Of a stretch of 64,000 bases of DNA, positions 49,601 through 63,951 are shown piece by piece. The stretch spans positions 1 to 64,000 of the forward strand of contig NW_027272305.1 in NCBI RefSeq assembly GCF_040938485.1, read 5' to 3'. The notes under the pieces were generated by a model. The model made no database searches. It worked only from the letters and a program-made list of their open reading frames with translations, and had not been told where the DNA came from. Origin of the DNA: Diadema antillarum. Taxonomy: Eukaryota. A program made the position numbers and the translations under genes. The stretch's first letter is position 1; each line of letters begins with the position of its first letter.

Positions 49601-52600
49601 TCAAGATTGTTGCTTAATGAAGTGTATTGTCATGACACCGGCATGTACCTGTATACACTCTCACCATATTCGGTCATCATTTGTCTCTCAGACTGTGGTC
49701 CCGCTATGATTTCCATCACACTGGGACGGTCAACTACCATGAGTTCCTGCAGAGACTTGGCGTCAATGTACAGAAGCAAAGCAAGGCCTTCCCGGAGCAT
49801 GGCAAATTTGGTAAGCACACCTACAGTCTCTGTCCTCGAACATCTACTCTTCAAGTCAGTCAGATTAATTCGTCAGTGGTAGTTCATTGTGACTAGTTTT
49901 TGTTCACAGAGCATGATACAGACATTACATGTGAAATGCAACATGCACATCGTTGGTCAGTAATGTATCTCTTTAGATTTAATAGGAAGTTTAGTTTTAA
50001 TGTTTTTATCAAATTTCAGTTGTACCACTGATTCACCATAAGAGATATATAGGAAAGCATGATGATGCATATCCCAGGCTAGATACAACCTGTGTGTCCT
50101 CATTTACTTCTATGATTTATGTCTTGTAAAACAAGTTGAAGAGCAAAGTCATATTTCCTTTCCATCAAAAGTCATCAGCATCATTTCAACAGTGTCTTAT
50201 AAATCTTTAACATCTATACGTGCATACTAGGAGCAGAAATTTATATTAACATTTCTGTACTTGAATGTCTGGCTCCATTTGCAGCACAAAGTGTGGCCCA
50301 ACGCCAGGAGGATCGCGCCAGGCAAATGGAACAGATGGCCATTGTCAACAGGAGTGATGATCTGGTCAGGGGCATGAGCTATAAACAGATAGAGGCAGAA
50401 TTCCGTGCACGGGTAGGTGGTCCTTTCTATTTTTTTTGAGCCTGAGAAAACTAGCTTGAAAATGGATTTGACAATGTGTCTTTGAAATTAACATCAGATA
50501 AGCCTCAGCATCCAATCATGAGATGGATTTAAGTACCAAAGCTGCTGAATGAAGAAAGATAAGTTCATTATTTTAAGAATAAGGACAGTTTTGTTCTCTG
50601 TGTTGTATAAAAAGATCAAAATGTTGATTTATGTGATGTGCATTTTGTGCTAGAATCTATAATGCTTTTGAAAGACAACTCTGATTCAATCCCGAAATGC
50701 ATCATTGGTGAACAATGATCTGCATTTTTCCCCATGTGTGATGTTTCTTTAACACAAATTTCTTTTGAAAATTGATGTTTTGTTGTTGTTTTTTTTCAGT
50801 GTTTAGTAATCCTTGCAATCTCAATGTTGTGTATATTCCCCTTATTTTATAATCTGCCCATGCTTAAGTTGAAGAGTGACTCATGGATGAGCTGATTATG
50901 ACTTCATATTATTGTTTATCATTAAACCAGATGAAGAACAACTATGTGAACATCAAGAAGGCCTTCATGGCCTTTGACAAGCGCCAAGACGGCTTCATCA
51001 TGCTGGATGACCTGAAGAGCGTCTTGATCCACTTCACTCTACCCATGTCGGACCAACTCTTTGCCCAGCTCATGGACAGGTAAAGCCATTTCTCCCAGGA
51101 TGCATCAAAGATATATGCACTAACAACAGGAGAGAATGAACTTGATTTACCCAACAAAGGGTGAAAATTCATCTAGTTGTCAGCTAATTCTAATTCATGG
51201 GTGCACATATGCTTTAAACATTTGTAATCAACATGGAAACTTGCAAGAGAACCATTTTGATGTGATTCACTATACAAATTAACAAATTACTGAGTTGAAC
51301 AAGTCTTATCCAACAGAGGGCATTTGTATGCAAATGTGATTAACATTTTCAGGCTTATTGTATGAAGAAGTAGCCGAGGTATCCACTTTGACAATGTACA
51401 AGCATGGCTGTGATTTCATGACAGTGATTACATCCTGTGAAATTTCCTATGATCATATGTAGAATGTATCCATGCTGAGAGAGAAAATACACACACAAAA
51501 AAAAGAATCATTGGTTAAACCGACTATTACGACTCAATCCCTGTTTGAGAAAGATTACAAGTGCATTTGTATTGCCTGTAGGTGTGCAATGTAAAGCATT
51601 TGTGATTCATCATGTGTATTCATCTATATCTTCAAATCAGATGATAAGTCGGTTTGATATGCAAAATAATTGGATGTGCTGCGCCTCTTCACCATGTGTC
51701 TGTTGCATTTTCTGTATAATTTCTCATGACAGGATTGGCTTCAAGGCTTCACACAAGATTCCCTGGGAACATTTCTTGGAGAAGTTCATGGACCCGAGGA
51801 TAGAAGGCAACGGGCAGACCATCCCTATCAAGTGGAACCACAAGTGAGTGGCAAGCTGATCTTGGTAGCAGCAGTGGGGGTGGCTCCCCCCCCCACCCTA
51901 CTATTTTTGCATCCATACATTAGTATACAAATGACGCACAGGTCTGAGTGCGTCAGTTGGAATTGTGCGCATAAGGTAACTATGGAATGCTTAACCTTCG
52001 AGGCGAAGCCGAGTGGGTTTAGGCTAAATTCCATAGTTACCGCATGCACACTATATTCCAACTGATGCACGAAAAGACATGTGCGTCATGTGATTTATAG
52101 AATGGGTAATTTTCTTGCCAAAAACCCATTTTTCTATCGTGTTACTCGATGACAAAATTACTGGATGCATTTCCTTTTGGCTTGGCAGAGACGAGAGCTC
52201 GAAAACCATGCATCAGTAAGTACTGATGCATGGTTGTTTTAGCTAATAGGCGTCTCGTACTGAGTGCGCGAATCTTTGTTACAAGTAGGCGTACTCTTGC
52301 TACAAGTGCGCGATAACATGTTTACCACTGTGACTCAGCGTGCGGCCAGTAAAAATCAACACATAGCTCTCGACCAATGAGATCGCAGGATTCTCGCTAC
52401 CCATTCTATAAAATACATAGTACAATACATAGGGTGTCACCACTTTGCCCCCCCCCCCTTTTTTTTTTACCCCGGAAGTGGCACTAGAAAAACAAAAATA
52501 GAATGAAACCTTTGAGCACGGTTATGCCTTTGTTTTTGCACTGAAGACCTTTTTTTTTTAGCTTGTTAGCTTTATTATGAAACCGGAAGTGGGCCCCCCA

Positions 52601-55600
52601 CTTTTGAAAACGTAGCACTGGCCATGTTTAAGCTACCATATAACTCCCATAGTGTCCCCAAAGGATGATGATGTAGCTGTAACCCCTATTCCCAGAGCAT
52701 CAGAATCGGGGAAGGGGTATGGGGGCAGGAGGAAAGCAAGGATAGCATTGTAGTTTCAGATGATCAGTCACATTTGAAGGAATGCCACTAATGATCTCAT
52801 CATATAACATTCCTATGCTTTAGCTGCTTTAGTGTGTCTTGATGGAATATGCGATGACAAAATAACTGTCCAAGCATGATGCAGTTTATACAGAATTGAT
52901 CATATTGCTTTACGTGGTACTATTGTGAATTGTATGGGATATTTTGGGATGTGTGCAAAGAAGGCTATCTTACACTTCGTCTTTACTACAGTTTTGTATT
53001 TAATAAAGAATTAGTACTTTCTACTACATGTACTTGGCAGCGGGAGCATCACATGTACTCTTCAATCTGCAGTTGTAATATCCAAATGAAGAGCAATTGC
53101 AGCTATGTTACTCTATTACAGGGGGACATTGATACTGTCTAAATTCTTTGACCTATGCTTCTTATAATATGAAGTTGATGGCTCATGAACAGTTACATTT
53201 GGGCATAGCAATGTCAAGAAACTTTTTTTTCAAAGTTAACTTTTTACATTATTATGAATGCAAGTGATTGGTTGATTCCTGTTTCCAATCCCATGTGATT
53301 TCCAGAGTGAACCCAATCAGAGAAGGTGACAGTGATATGGATCCAGCAGAGATCATGAAGCTGCTCCACAAACATGTGACTAACATGTACCCATCCATCA
53401 AGGAGGCTTTCCTTGCCTTTGACCAGGTGAGTGAAATTGTCTATTGTATGCTCACACACATCCCATATGCTTCATGATTTTGTTATGATGCATTTTAGCA
53501 GGGTAAACAGTTTGCTATATCTAGTCGGTCAAGTTCTAGGAATAAAAAAAAAAAAATCAAATGAGCAAATGATGTTGGAATCCGGCAAATTGGCCTCTGA
53601 TCCCATCCAGCCCCCAATGTGAAGAAAATAGAGAATTTTGTCATCTTCCATTTCTCGATACAACATTGCACAAGGATGGAACATGAAGTTCTTGTCTGTG
53701 TTGACCTTGTGCTTTCAGAAGATATACCTTCTGGAAGAGTATGACACAAATTTCTTACATTAAGGCATTGTTGTCCCTCACCAGCCGTTAATTCTAACTC
53801 TGTATACTATTTTAGCAATCCATTCACAAACCTGTGATACTGTTTGATAGGATTCTTTTCAAAATGTACATTTTCCAGCATTCGTAGGCAACCCTCTAAT
53901 CATGAATTTGTGAATTCATGCTTTCATCACTCCAATGACAGCTTCATTTATGTATTACCTGCCTTACACAGCCGTAGTTGTCTTTGAATTGTAATTAATG
54001 ATTTCAGTTATGCTAGGAAAATGATATTATAACTATGCTTGAAGGGAAGCTTCATATCGGTTAGAAGAGAAAGTACTGTGTAATGTGTAAATTTATGATA
54101 TGGTATGCTGGATTTTTTTATCTCTTGTTTTCTCCCACCCTAGAATCGAGATGGAAAGGTGACACGAAAGGAGCTGAGAAAGATCATGGATAAATTCACC
54201 TTACGACTCAACGATGACCAGTTCAGGGTTATTGTGGAGAGGCTTGACCCTGAGAAGAGCAACAGAATTGACTACCATGACTTTTTGGATCAGTTTGAAG
54301 TCAGGGAGACAGAGGTTTGTGACATGAACCAGCTCCAAATTTGCTGTTAGGCCAGTATTTGTAGCTGGCAGCCGCTACTAGTCAATATGGCCTGCAAGTT
54401 GTAAAGTTGGTAGTCTGAACAATAGACTAAAACATGAGTGAGAGGGATGGGCACTGCTCATATACTCACAGAATAAGAATATGATGTGATAGACGACATG
54501 CAGATATTATCTCATCCAGTGCATTTCTACAGGTTTTTTTTTCAGCAGTCTGTACATGCTACACTAATATAAGACTGAAAACCTTTGAGAAATTCATAAT
54601 CCCCTTTGGTAAAATTGTGGCATTTCACAAATTAGCCAAACTCAGGTGGATGTATGGTTTAGCTGCCAAGTAATACCTTTCCAGGACTGCATGCCTTTGT
54701 CTTGTTCTTCAACAGCTTAGCGCTTGAATATTTCACTTCCGCAAACCGCCATCATATAAATTTACAAAAGCCTTTCATTTAGTTTTGCTCAGTAAAGAAA
54801 AAGTATGTATGGAGGTCTGATCACTTGATTATTGTTGGTCAGACAGGTGACAATATCAGAAATAAATGATTATTGATATGAGTTTTATAACAGGCAGTTT
54901 TCACATTTGATTTTGACTCTTTGATGCTCCGTTACAGGAGGGCCACAAGTGGCTGGATTCGGAGCACCGTTGGAACAGCGTGGCCCCAGCCAACCTGGCA
55001 TGGGAGACCATAGAGGACATTCTGCGTGAGAAGATAGAGGAACACTGGAAGTCAATCAGCACCATGTACCGCCAGGCAGACCCGGCCGCCACGGGGGCCA
55101 TCTCCCGGCCCCAGCTCAAGAAGATTCTCAGCAAGTGTGTCCTGCCTGTAGCAGATGACCACCTGGATGCGTAAGTGTCCATCGTTATATCTGTTGGTCT
55201 TGGAATTTTTATTACGTATTCCTAATTCTTCCCCATGCTGCAGCAATTTTAGTGCCCCATGATCAAGATGAGTCAATATTGTAATCACTACTCTGTTGCA
55301 AGTGTTAAAGAGTTAGGATGCTAGCTGTTATCCATTACTTTTGTCAGACGACTTTGTACCAAATACCAGTGTTTACTTAGTAATATCTGCCCAGCAGATC
55401 ATTCCTTACATAAGTTTTCAGATAAAGTGGAAGCTTGATAATGCCTATTATGATTGCTGATATTTGTACATGAGGTACAGGTAACATGTCGGTTTGCAAT
55501 GACAACACATGCTGTCTATTCAAGTGTATGAGGGAAATGCACAGCCTGTGAATAGTATTAATGCCAGAACAACGTGCATACTGCATGCAGTGGTTAGGAG

Positions 55601-58600
55601 TGTGAAATATAATGGAGCTAATTTGCTTCCTGAGGTAAACAACAATGTTTCCATGCCTTTCATCTGTAGAATGTGGCAGCGGTGTGAGGAGACGGGTGGG
55701 AAGATCATGTTTGCTGAGTTCTTACGGATGTTGAAAGTGGATGTGTCACCTGGAGACCTGGTGGGGACCAGCACACACATCCAGGTCATCAGTGACCTCA
55801 CAGAGCAGCAGAGACAAATAGACATTGACAGCAGGTAAGAGTCTGCTTCAACTCAAACAAATGTAGATGAATGTGGCCTAACCTGTCTTGATCATAATCA
55901 GCTGCATACATGATTCTCTTTGAAATTCAGCAGGGAAGAGTCTGCTTCAGCTGAAACAAATACAGGTGAATGTTGCCTATTATCCTGTCTTAGTATCATA
56001 GTATTTGATGATAAGTGCTCGATCCTTACCAGTGCTGTGATGCGCTTCCTCAAATGCAGCATTCTGTCGTCAAACTTGACATCAACAAGCAAGGCTCAAC
56101 CCCAACTTTTTCTTTTGGTGGCCCAAGTGGCCACCAGCACATATCTTTCTTAAAGAGTGGTGGCCAGGCATCTATTTTTGCCACCAAGCCATCACTAATG
56201 TCAAGCCCTGACTAGATTATATCTTTTAATAAGAATATAAAAAATGTTTGTCCGTGTGTGCACAGACATTAGCTTTTATTATGCCTCCGCCACGAAGTGG
56301 TGCCGGAGGCATTATGTTTTCGGGTTGTCCGTCCGTCTGTCCGTCCGTACGTATGTACGTCCATCTGCATTCTTTTACGCAATAACTTGAGTAATATTGA
56401 CTGGAATTTTGCCAAACTTGGTCCAAGTATAAAGTATGATGGGGCAATTACTTGATCAGATTTTGGGTGCAATCGGCCAAAGGTCAAAGGTCAAGGTCAA
56501 ATCATTAAATTGTATCTGTTTACGCGATAACTCAAGACTAGATTCAGCAAATTTCACCAAACTTTGTCTGAGGATAATGTATGATGGGACAATTACTTGA
56601 TTAGTTTTTGAGTGAAATTGGACAGAGGTAAAGGTCAAAGATCAAGGTCAAATCCTAAAATTTATCTGTTTACGTGATAACTCAAAACTGGATGAAGCAG
56701 CTTTCACCAAACTTGGTCCAAGGATAATGTATGATGGGACAATTAGTTAAGTAGATTTTAGTGACATTGGCAAGAGGTCAAAGGTCAAAAGGTCAAGGTC
56801 AAATGCTAAAAACGTTGCTATTTCCCCATATCCGTGCAATGCCCGAAGGTATTTTCTTGAAACTTAGTGTAGACATGTACTACTGCATAAAGATTCTCCA
56901 GAGAGAGAGTCTCATGTCATAAGGTCAAAGGTTAGGTGAATATGTCACAATTTCACTTTTCTCGCAAATGGTTCAATGTGTCTTCATGGAACTTGGTACA
57001 TACGCATGTACTGACTGGCAGGGATTTTCTAGGGAATGTAGGGGTCATGGGTCAATAGTCACGGGTCAAAGGTAAAGGTCAACTCCTCAAAATTGTACTA
57101 TTTCCCTCATATACTATTATATGCAATGCTTGCATTATTATTTTTAAAACTAAAACTTGATATGCATGTATTTCCTAATGGAGATTCTCTGGGAAATTTC
57201 CAGCCAGAAGGTCAAAGGTCAAAGGTTAAGGGTCAAAGGCCAGGTTTAAATGCGAAAAGATATAAATATATATTTTGTACTGTAATTATACTCTTTCTTC
57301 ATACCTTGAAAATTACTCAATGCATAAACTTATAAAAGGGTCGGTCGGAAGTCAAGTAAAAATTCTTGATTCCCCAAGTACAGGTACCGGTACCTGCACT
57401 ATTAGACTATTGTAGCAAACCCAGTTCAAGGAAAGTGAACATTCAAGATATTTCTGACAGACCTGTCATTTCAATATTTTGTCAGTTTTGTGAAACTGTC
57501 ATAACACATTGGGAGAATCATGCATTATGGCGGAGGCATCAGTCGCCATAGCGACATTTGTAGTTTGCTAATACTATTGCCATTCTACCTTCCCCAGATT
57601 GCACCAGATCCAGGTCAACGCCCTGAGCCGGACCACCCTTATGAGTGCCGATGAGGTCATCTTGAAACTGAAGGACCGCATGTCCCAGAAGTCCAGCAAA
57701 GTGCGGGCCAATTTCCTCAGATACTGCAAGGACAGACGAGGCAAGCTGACCAAGCGAGAGTTCAGACAGGTTAGTTTGTAAGATACAATTATAAGGCAGC
57801 TGTCACTAGATATTCTGCTACTTGTGTGTGAATATGCATTTTGTCTGTTGTTTGTGTTTGACATGCTTTGTGTCTTGCTTGTATTTGATTTGATTTGTTA
57901 TGCATTGTATAGGTCTGTATAAATTGACACCATAATCTATGTGAGATACTTGTTATCAAGACGTTGTCATGCCCCAAAATGTTATCATTTGTATCTGCCT
58001 TTCAAGTGTGCCATAGACATACTTACGTTGATCGTGTGAACATGTCATAATTATGCACTGTAGGAAGTCAGATGTATTAACCATAATTCATTTATTACAA
58101 TGTTGTTTTTGGGTGTTTTTTTTAGCAGTTTCTCTTTTGCAAACTCTCCCTTGCAGTCTGTGTTATGATTTCTTCTTGATATTGCTGTAGTTCTTTCCAT
58201 TCTTGCAAGATTTTTGCTGAACAGGTGTTAAACTTACCACCAGTGTTATGGCAGCATATTTATCTTCAAAGATTTATATTTGCCAGTGAATTTTACTGTA
58301 TCCTCACCTGTTTGCATACCATTTTAATTTGTGTTCTAATGAAAACTTGAATAAATTCTGAATTCTGATGTATGTCAATATGACTACAATAAAATTCTTG
58401 ATGCATACCATCAGGTGATCCAAAGCTTTGGGATGTACATGGACGATGAACAGTTTGCCTTGCTGTGCCAGCGCCTAGGCTTTGACCAGGGCTCCCTCAC
58501 ATACACAGACTTCATTGAGCAGTTTGAAGACCCCCGCATTGGTGGGCCCGGTGAGGAGATCACCAGGTCACCAAACCACTGGTGGAAGAGTCTAGAGGCC

Positions 58601-61600
58601 AAGAACATGTCTGCCATGGATATGATGAAACAGCTGGGTGACAAGATGAGACAGGCATTTGGGGTAAGTATCTTGGAGGTGATGTGTCAGTTTGATAGCA
58701 TTAAGAGTGCAAGATATGGATACCACGTGTGACATATTTTATAACCTGGGTTCTTCCCCTTTACAAGGACATCTCTAAAATTCTTACCTTTCTTAATTAA
58801 GTTAATGTCATGGAACAATGCAATGACTGTTTTACAGTATATGTTACCTATTACTATACCCATTGTTTTGCATCACAAACTGTGACACAGGATTTAGAAA
58901 AAAAAAATTTCCCATCACTCTAAATCTTGGTTTGCTTTATTCCAGGATTTGCGATCAGCCTTCTATAAGATGGACGATGACCACGATGGCGCTGTTCGCC
59001 GGCAGGACTTCCAGCGCCTCATCGACAAGCTCATGTTCATCACCACTGATGAAGAGTTCAACAAACTTATGTCAGAGCTGGGCATCACCAAGAACACTAG
59101 ACTCAACTACCAGGAGTTCCTAGACTTGTTTGAGGTTCGGGATTCAGAGGAGGGCCATAAGTGGTTGAACTCAGATCACAGGTTTGTTGCAGTTGTTTTG
59201 AATACTCTGTGCTTTTACTGAGGATCATTAGTTGAATGCAAAATGTCGTATTTTGAACTCATTAGTGCAATGCAATAGTCACTCACACAAGAAGAGAAGC
59301 CCTTGTAGGCTTTCCACACATCAAACTTCACAATATGCATAATATATCTTTGCAGGGTAATGGAAATGTCGACATCTTTTCCCTGTTGCAGCCAAATTAA
59401 TCCAGTGTTGCATCGTCTTTTAGATGTTGACATAATAAGTGCATTTGAACACCTGCTGTAAGAAAAATTGTTTTATGTTAAGAATTCCTGCTATTTTAAT
59501 GCATGTCATATGTCAAGTTAAAAGAAAACATACAAAAATAATGATCTTTTTATGTGGCCATTTGCTCAGGTGGAACACCACAATTGATCCCGCCCAGCTG
59601 GCAGCAGAGCAGGTACATGAGATCCTGGCAGCCAAGGCCCAGCGGCAGTACCATGACTTGGCTAAGGCCTTCCGCTCCATCGACAAGAATGGTCACGGCG
59701 TCATCATTAAGAAGGAACTGAGAGACCTCCTCTACACCTTCATGCTCCCCATGACCAAGGATGAATTTGCCAAGCTGTGGGCCATGTAAGTTGGACTGGG
59801 ATGCTGGTGTGCATATCATTATTTGCGAGTTACTAGTAGATGATAAAAGACCACAGCAATTTGAACCCATGAAAGCCTCCTTACAGGAAAGGGAGAATCT
59901 GCTACTAGTATCATCAAATAAACAACATGTAACTATAGAGCAACATGCCTATGATTCACAAATCCATATCTTTCTTTCTTCTTCTTCTTTTTTTTTCATT
60001 GTCATGTTGGAGTTGGAAGCAAATGAGATAAGACCAATCATCCTCCCCAGACCAACTATCCTTTGCACTACAATACTGTTGTAAAGCAATCAGTGCATAA
60101 CTGCTGCAAAGTCTAATACTCTTTCTGGACAGGTCACTTGAAATGTCTCAAGTACACACAATTTGAGTCCTGTATTGGACAGAGTTGCAAATATGTGCTT
60201 TGTACGCTGAAAACAGTCAAAGCTGTATAACAAATTTTGTGTTAACAGAATTCCATTCATGTGCAAATTCTAAGAATACTGGGTCTTTTTTTATCAGCTA
60301 TCATAATACTGTAGAAAATAAATTGATACAGTGTGGTTTTATTTCTGTACTTTTGCCATGTTTTGTCTCAGTGTATTCCGATACAATATTTTGATAATCA
60401 TGTTCATCTGGAATCATATCATTTCTTCAATCCATGTTGTCTGTATTCACAACTTCATCTTCACTTTGTCTTTGCTTCATTTGCAGCTATGACCCACAAA
60501 GTAAGGGTTACATTGACCACCAGCACTTCCTGAAGATGATGGGCAAGGAATTCGCCCCAGGAGATGATGCTGGAGTCAGTAAACGCATCGTTGAAGAGTC
60601 AGCAGACACCATTGAGAGCCATCATCAAAACCAACTTGACAAGCAGTAAGTGGGACTAACACACATATCCCTTATCACCTGTCTTGACTTACCTTCTTTG
60701 TGTTGTATCTCTTTTCTGATTTGGCTTTTGAAATTCTTGTCAACTTCAAGGAGTCCATCTGTTCTTAGGCAACCAACTCCTCTCTAGGGTAGCAGAATAG
60801 AAGAAATGTATCAGAAATCATTCAGAACATATCCTGAAATTGAGGCAAAAATCAGCACTGCTCCAGCGTACCATCTTTAATCACAGACTCAACACATACA
60901 ACAACAAAAAATAAAATAAACCACTATGAAATAATTTTGCTGAGAAATTGGAACGAGGACTTCAGCCTCATTTACTTTGCTACGGCTGATGTGATGAGGT
61001 TTGAATACAAAGAATCAGTGCTAGGCAGGTTGCGTGCTGTATCTTGAACTTACTCCTAACTTTGTCTTTTTCTTCACATCCCCCTCCTACCCCCCAAGGA
61101 TCAACATCACCATCAATCAGGCCTCCAAGGGAACCTTCATCTCGGTGGAGAAGCTCCTGCAGGACCTCAAGGACCGGATGCGGGACAAGTACGGCACCTT
61201 CCAGGAGGCCTTTGCCATGCTGGACAAGAGCAAGTCTGGCCGCATCACGGTCACCGAGCTCCAGGACGTCCTCCTCAGCCACAACTACCTGGTGGATGAT
61301 GCCACTCTGCATGAATTCTTACATCGGTGAGTTGGCTACACTCCGTCTTCATCAGAGGAACTCCTTCAGAGGCACTCCTTCTTCATCAGAGGCTCTGTGT
61401 TCTTAATAGCAGGAAATTTACCCCAAATGTATATCAGAATTCAGTGAAGCCAGAAATATCAGTAGAATACATACATGAAGTTTATAAACATTGTTTCACA
61501 CCTGTGACATCATTAACTGCTGTTGCCTTTCTTATCCATCGATGACAGCATACGGATTTAACCAAACTTTTCGGGATTCATAATTTTGGAATAAATTATC

Positions 61601-63951
61601 TGATTTTCCTCAAACAGCACTGATATATTTACAACTGATATTTCTGCTTTTACTGTACCAACATACATTTATTTTGGGGTAAGTTACCCTCAAAGAGTCA
61701 CAATTGATTACAAATTTTACCCCCACACCCATTCTCCATGTCATGGCACTGTTTTATTTACATGTCAAAGTGCTTCTGTCTCATGTCATGTAAAATTCCT
61801 GTTCTACCTCATTCCTCCTCTATCTATCATTCCATCCATTGAATCATATCTTTCAGCTCTTCCATTTCTAGTACCTTTATCTTTCTAGATAACCATGATT
61901 TTGCTTTTCATCTCCTCATTGCTCAAAATTTGGCCATTTTATTCTAATTTTACTGTATTATGCATAATTTGCTTGTGCTACAAATGTGAAGCTCTAGCGC
62001 GAATATTTGTTGGATTGGACAGGGTCAACATCATTCTATCCCAGTTCACCGTGCATTATCTTAATTATGCTACAAATGTGCATCTTTAGCTAGCATTATG
62101 ATTGGATTAAACAGGGGCAAATTTGTTATGAGCCATGTGATACATATAACATGCTTCTCATATATGTAATTGGACTGTGTGTATGGATTTACAGCAGCTA
62201 TCCAGTACTTATTTTCAGATCAATACGCAAATAGTCGTTGGTCATCACTGATAATACAGTGCACTCCCGTTACAACGAACACGGTTATAACGAAATTTCG
62301 TTATAACGAAGTAAAACTTCTGGTCCCAAAATTAACACCATTAGAGTCTGTGGTACAAAATTCGCTTATAACGAACACGGTTATAACGAAATTTTCGTTA
62401 TAATGAAGTCTTTTCCGAGCGCCACTGACAAAGAAAAACAAAAGAAATGTGCTCTGTTATAACGAAATGTGAATTGCTTTCGAAAATACGTAGCGGAACA
62501 AGCATTTATAGCGTGTCTGCACGGGCGAATGCTTCATATCACTGTGTGTTCGCTCCTTGTGTCACGCACAGTTTCTGAGGGGAACTTGCGTTTGATATTG
62601 TAATACAATAATCCCATCCCATTTCGCATAGCTTTCCAGTGTAAGATGAGTACCGGGTATTCAGCAAACAGAATATGATATACATGCGTGGTTTCCTTGT
62701 TTTCGTTATATTGTATTTGTTCGGTTATAACGAAATTTCGTTATAACGAAAGAAAACTGCCGGTCCCAAGCATTTCGTTATAATGGGAGTGCACTGTATA
62801 TCATATTTTCAAGTTTTCTTTTTCTACGTCACCTTGTGAAAAATCACACATAATGGTTGCAATTTCCTTGAATTCCGTTGGGATTCTGTCTTATGTCAGT
62901 TTGTTTTAGAGTTGTTGCTGTTGTTAACTTCAATTTTTGTAAAGGGAATGGTGTAATCTTTCACATCTCTTTCTGCTTCAAATACAATCACAGAATTGGA
63001 CTGCCGACCAGCAAGAGTACCCTTAACTATAATGACTTTCTGAAAGCCTTTGATGAGGGTCGCGAAGAGCGCTACCAGAAGAAGAACGTCCCCGAAGTGA
63101 GACCAGAGTCCTTCTCCCAGCTCTCATCGGACAAGGCTCTCCGGAAGCTGAGGAAGATTGTGCAGCAGAGTGTGCCAGTGCTGCAAGCTGTAAGTATTGT
63201 CGGAACATGGTGATTATGCACATCAATCTTTTTGAATGAATTGTTACCAAAGAACCATGGTAATATGAGTATGTGTAACGTGTGAGATATGTTGTGAATG
63301 TAGAGTAATCATCTTGTGCTTGCTAAGTAAGTTGAGATTATCTATTGTCATAGAAAATGGTATTTTGGGGATTGCAAAATTAAATACCTCTCAACTGTGA
63401 CTTGTCTTCCTTTTGGAAGATGTGACAAATTTGAAGACCTGTTAACCAAATATTGGTTAGACAGTGACTGTGATTCTAAAAACTTTGAAGTTTGTACTGT
63501 CTTTTCTAGAACAGGTGCATTTACATTTTACTGTATTACCAGGAGATTGAATGCAACAACCAGTTGGTGGTGTAGTAAACATTTATGCATTTTGAAATGA
63601 AAAGCATACATACAAATTACACTTTATAATTACAATCATGGGTTTAATGCTAGCAATTTGCTATCTAGCTGCTTGCAGAAAAGTTGTACCTATTTGCTCA
63701 TGACATTGGATGACTAAAATAGAAGCTGTAATGTCTCATTCTAAATTCTTTCTTGCCAGGCATTTGGAGCTTTTGATAAGGACAAGCGAGGGCGCCTCAG
63801 CCCCGGTGACTTCCGCCGTGTCCTGGACCACTTCTGTTTCAAGATGACCGATAAGCAGTTCAAGGGACTGATGGCAAAGCTGAGGGTGAACTCTGACCTC
63901 AGTGTCAGTTACCCGGCATTCCTGGAAGAATTTTCAGCCAATGAGCAAGAG
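46674..63951 (+). CDS. EFCAB6: EF-hand calcium-binding domain-containing protein 6-like; 20 coding exons here, continues beyond the window
   Basis: Exons assembled by hand: 46674-46833, 47359-47486 (alternative in-frame acceptor at 47368), 48005-48231, 48723-48926, 49692-49810, 50285-50412, 50931-51079, 51733-51843, 53306-53426, 54144-54314, 54938-55170, 55670-55834, 57598-57769, 58415-58663, 58946-59181, 59570-59785, 60487-60645, 61099-61326, 62994-63189, 63760-63951. All introns are GT-AG, all phases join and the total is 3564 nt without a stop. Many paired EF-hand-like modules (e.g. FDYNRDGNVQKHE, FDQNRDGKVTRKE, FDKDKRGRLSPGD). The symbol rests on recalled architecture, not on a search. 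Confidence 0.82.
51931..52089. mobile_element. Palindromic MITE in EFCAB6 intron 8
   Basis: Paired blocks ATGACGCACAGGTCT/AGACATGTGCGTCAT, GTGCGTCAGTTGGAAT/ATTCCAACTGATGCAC and GGTAACTATGGAAT/ATTCCATAGTTACC around a central CGAGGCGAAGCCGAG. Confidence 0.8.
52094..52412. mobile_element. TIR element with an internal perfect hairpin, intron 8
   Basis: TTTATAGAATGGGTA / TACCCATTCTATAAA ends; 15-bp perfect stem at 52204-52235. Confidence 0.75.
56274..57566 (+). mobile_element. Helentron-associated interspersed element (HINE/DINE-1-like), intron 12
   Basis: 5' subTIR ATGCCTCCGCCA (56281-56292) with a nearby inverted partner (56302-56312); (GTCC)n at 56327-56363; core repeats of about 145-150 bp starting at 56375, 56520 and 56670; 3' subTIR TGGCGGAGGCAT (57528-57539); stem-loop GTCGC-CATA-GCGAC (57542-57555); T-rich ends. 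Confidence 0.85.
62257..62796. mobile_element. pogo/Tigger-like (Tc1-mariner) MITE, intron 18
   Basis: TA-CAGTGCACTCCC...GGGAGTGCACTG-TA; repeated GTTATAACGAA sub-terminal motifs; internal direct repeat. Confidence 0.9.

Noticed and set aside
56089-56211. hAT-like CAAGGCT...AGCCCTG element
   Set aside because: TIR match is poor and there is no 8-bp target duplication.
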